DNA of 64,000 nucleotides from Lingula anatina. Taxonomy: Eukaryota; Animalia; Brachiopoda. The translations under genes and the position numbers were made by a program. Each line of letters starts with the position of its first letter. The stretch's first letter is position 1. The notes beneath the pieces are model-generated. The model was not told where the DNA came from. It did not search any database and was given only the letters and a program-made list of their open reading frames with translations. Shown one piece after another: positions 60,515 through 64,000 of this stretch. Location of the stretch: positions 7,998,001-8,062,000 of the forward strand of contig CM120643.1 of assembly GCA_051362555.1 (NCBI GenBank). Direction: 5' to 3'.

Positions 60515-60713
60515 CACCCTGAGCTTCAGAGATAACTTGCCACTAACCTCTTCACTATAGCCTATCTTCATCGTGTCAAGTTACTTTAAATTTAAATTTA
60601 AATTTGATTGGCGGGCGGCGGAGGCAATCGAATGTGGTCAGAGGTAACTTGACACGATGAAGATAGGCTATAGTGAAGAGGTTAGTGGCAAGTTATCTCT
60701 GAAGCTCAGGGTG
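60515..60713. mobile_element. 199-bp foldback MITE with 70-bp perfect TIRs and 8-bp TSD
   Basis: 60515-60584 is the exact reverse complement of 60644-60713; TTAAATAT on both sides. Confidence 0.92.
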
Positions 60714-60819
60714 TTAAATATATGCAACGATACCAAAATGACCGGGCTTCCTTTGAATTTTGAATGTAATATAATGTATGTATAACTTCAACCCTCGGGG
60801 TTGCCATATCTCAATAAAG

Positions 60820-60866
<47 letters not shown>

Positions 60867-62039
60867 ATGAAAAATGGAATAAAGCATCGAATCCAAGTGA
60901 AGGGACGGTTCAAGCAAATATATGTGAGTAGGATAAATTTGTCTTTCCCAAAAATCATTGTGTTGAGTAAGTCCCATGTTGAGAACCTTTAAGGTTTTTG
61001 CTTATTACTCTTTTACGCGGTGATATCCAGTTCTTTTAATTTATATAATTTCTCAACTGGGGGTCTCATTTTATGTCATCCTTCTTAATTCAGTTTTATG
61101 AGGTTATTTTTGTTACATTTTTTTTCTATATAAATTAGTTTTATACTCGGTTATCATTCTCCATCACATGATTAATTGCGTCCTTTCCTTCACGTGCCTT
61201 GTGTGGAATGCTGCTGTAGTTTGCGTAGCCTGTGGCAAAGCTAATAATTACGTAGGCAAAATTTTCGCACTTAATTTATCGTGATGACACTTCAGTGAAA
61301 AACTCATAATTACCACTGCCATAGCTAATTCACCAATAAACAGGTCTGTTTTTGACATTTACGATCATAATTTCAACAATAACAATTTCGAGCACCTGCT
61401 TATTTTTTGTCGACTTTCAATCTATCTCGCGAAAAATTAAGAAATGTCATTTTATTTCCAGGAAGTAATTAGCAATTTCGGTAAATCCTACAATATGCCA
61501 CGTACTGTGTAAACGGTTGGTTGGCATTATACTTGTATATGACCCCATTTCCAGTGATTAGATCGATCTACTTTAGATCGACCTAACTCCCTGGGGGTTC
61601 ACGCTAAATAGCTGTCAGCCGGGCAGACACGAAAGTTAATTACCCCCTTACAGCTTGTAGTAGGCGGGACGGACATTTAAACCGGATTATCTGACAGTAA
61701 TCTAGGGAGACTCCCCGCGGGGATAGATCGATCTAAAAGCTCTGGGAATACAGCCTATGATGCTAAGAATTTCACTACTGAATGTAAACTTCCATGCCGC
61801 ATTTGTTTTTCTACACTGCAATAATTATTGTTATGTAGGACTATGTAATGATTTTAACACCGAATTCAAGTGCAAGAGCCCCTGACCATAAGACCAACAA
61901 TATTATATTATTGTTACTTTTCGTGCATTTCAACACGACATACACAGACTAAGCCGAAAAATAAGGAGTCGGACTCATCACGTTGAGCGACGGTTTGTTT
62001 GTTGACATTTTGGTAGCTGTGAGTGGCGGGAGACATTTC

Positions 62040-62258
62040 AGCCAATCAGGTGCTCCCAAGTCGTCCATGTGCTCATGTCATGCCTCGTGTTTTGCATCAC
62101 ACTTCGCAATCCTTCCGCTTTGTTTTGAACATAATATATGCATACGACCCCTAAATATCGATAAATTATCCATTCATAAAGATTTAAATCTTATGTAACA
62201 TACTCTGATAACTTCACCTCTGTGTATTGGCCGCGGCATTTACTAGTGTGCTATAAAG
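62040..62258 (+). promoter_or_regulatory. Putative FRAT core promoter (CCAAT and TATA)
   Basis: AGCCAATCAG at 62040-62049 and CTATAAAG at 62251-62258, upstream of ATG 62416. Confidence 0.5.
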
Positions 62259-62415
62259 AATGCGGGGACTATTTGTCTCGTAGTGATATTCGTTACGAGT
62301 CCTTTGTTTGGCACCGGCACAACATCTCTCTGTCCACGCCATTCATTCAAACTGATTCCATCGAGATAGGCGTAGACATATTTGTTGTCGAATTTTGAAT
62401 GAATCTGCAGCAGCG

Positions 62416-62862
62416 ATGCCTATCAAAGAAGACAACCAAATACTCAGGGAATACGACACCTCTGTGGGACCATTATTACCAAAAGATGTGGACAATTTGG
62501 TCGAGAAATTAAAGGAAAGTTTGAAGCTGAAAGCTCGACACAAACAACAACATGGATACCGACCGACTCCATACTCGAAGCCGGCTTGTATGTGTTGGAG
62601 GAAGAAAAATAGAACATGTAATTCACCTATTTGTCGACAATTCAAGGACTCTAATGACGAAAGTGATCCTCATGCAATGCTCAAACAGTTACTTTTAGAG
62701 GGAGGACTTATAAAAGAAGCTGTAAAAAGGTTGAAAGTCGGCCATTCGGACGTGGAAAACGAAAATGAAAACGACTTTTCAAATTTATACTTACCTCGAC
62801 CGTTCCAGCGGTTTGAAAGGCAAAGGCATAATTCATATAACAACGAGGAGTTGGATCTCTGA
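62416..62862 (+). CDS. FRAT: GSK-3-binding protein, FRAT/GBP family (148 aa, intronless)
   Basis: DPHAMLKQLLLEGGLIKEAVKRL matches the FRAT GSK3-binding helix (DPHRLLQQLVLSGNLIKEAVRRL). Also DVDNLVEKLKESLKL and an RPTPY motif. AATAAA at about 63633. Confidence 0.9.
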   Translation: MPIKEDNQILREYDTSVGPLLPKDVDNLVEKLKESLKLKARHKQQHGYRPTPYSKPACMCWRKKNRTCNSPICRQFKDSNDESDPHAMLKQLLLEGGLIKEAVKRLKVGHSDVENENENDFSNLYLPRPFQRFERQRHNSYNNEELDL

Positions 62863-64000
62863 ACAGTTCGATCCGAGACCGACAGAATTCGAGGATAATT
62901 CGGTTATCACTAGCATTCGTACAAAGCATTGGACAGCCGGCGAATAATTGGACGATTGCCAAGCACGATTACTACGGAAAAAGTATCTTTCTAGAAAGAT
63001 CTTAGATGTATGATTGTATTAAAGACTTTCTCAAACTGTTGGCGTGGAAGTGACTATTTGATGCCAATACTATGGGAAGAGTTGAGGCGAGGCCAGTTGC
63101 ACCTCAACTGGAGAACGTAAACATGTTTATGTTATGAAAACGACGCCTAGGTCGGCGGGTTCACGCGCTAATCACGTGACGTCTGGTAGAGGGAAGTTGA
63201 CCTGTGGAAATTCCACCGCTGTAAACAAACGTATCGATCCAAAGACTCGGATCATAAAACACTGTTTTCATAACAATCATAATCGCTCATTTGTCGATTA
63301 TATATGTGTAACATTCATTACCATATGAGTTAAATATGATTTGTTTATGAAAGATGACTCAGTGGACGGGTATAATTGAAGTTCGAAGTAGACTGTGTGA
63401 CAATTAAGATCTCAACAATAGATAATTGTAAATCTCTTGTTTCGTACGACTTTGTGTATGTACGCTCTTTGTTTTCTGCACTTTGGTTGTGTTGGTGAAA
63501 GAGTTCAATTGTGAATATGGTGGTGTTATATTTCCCCGTTGTATTTCACTTTTTTCCTTTCATTCTCTGGTTAAGAGCGCATACCAAGTTGCATTAGATT
63601 CTTACGGAATCCACATCTGGTGCTCCATATTAAATAAATAATTAAACCTATTATTTAGTGATTTGTTTAATCTTGGAAAATTTGAGGCTAACGTTAACAG
63701 CCCGTGATGTATTATTTAAGCACTCGCTTGCAATATCTGACTAACCCTGGACTGTCTGAGTCCTTGATTTGAAGGTCAAATGCCTTACAGCAAATCGTCT
63801 TGTACTTTTCCTAGGCCGTAGTGCCTATGATTTTTTCTTTTTGCTGGACGCCGAAAATATCTTTCTCATAAAAAGATGAATAAAAACAACGATTCGGTTT
63901 CGGTTGTGCATGTTTTTAGACCGAGTAAAGTTAAACGATTAAATAGACAGATTTCGTGATTATCTGAATGCTCATAGAAATGCCCATATGCTAAGAGGCC

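Overview
AT-rich, intron-rich animal genomic DNA, not prokaryotic. The repeat landscape suggests a mollusc or other lophotrochozoan (inference). Four host genes can be read from the sequence. (1) A complete 17-exon VPS35 (minus strand, 34614-44522, 800 aa) with a U12-type intron. (2) Head-to-head with it, a 7-exon 15-hydroxyprostaglandin-dehydrogenase-like SDR (44781-51109) with a GC-AG intron and a C-terminal SKL. (3) An intronless FRAT/GBP GSK3-binding protein (62416-62862). (4) A small candidate CARD-only protein (12830-13198, minus) with a nearby NF-kB-type site. A diverged 3-exon copy of VPS35 lies at 3234-4160, bounded by a Kolobok-like transposon end. Most of the remainder is transposon-derived: a recent non-autonomous BEL/Pao element with near-identical LTRs, an EnSpm-like element carrying an old Gypsy relic, a Helentron/HINE carrying a 161-bp satellite, hAT- and P-like transposase relics, and several MITE families. 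All calls come from manual reading; no database searches were run.
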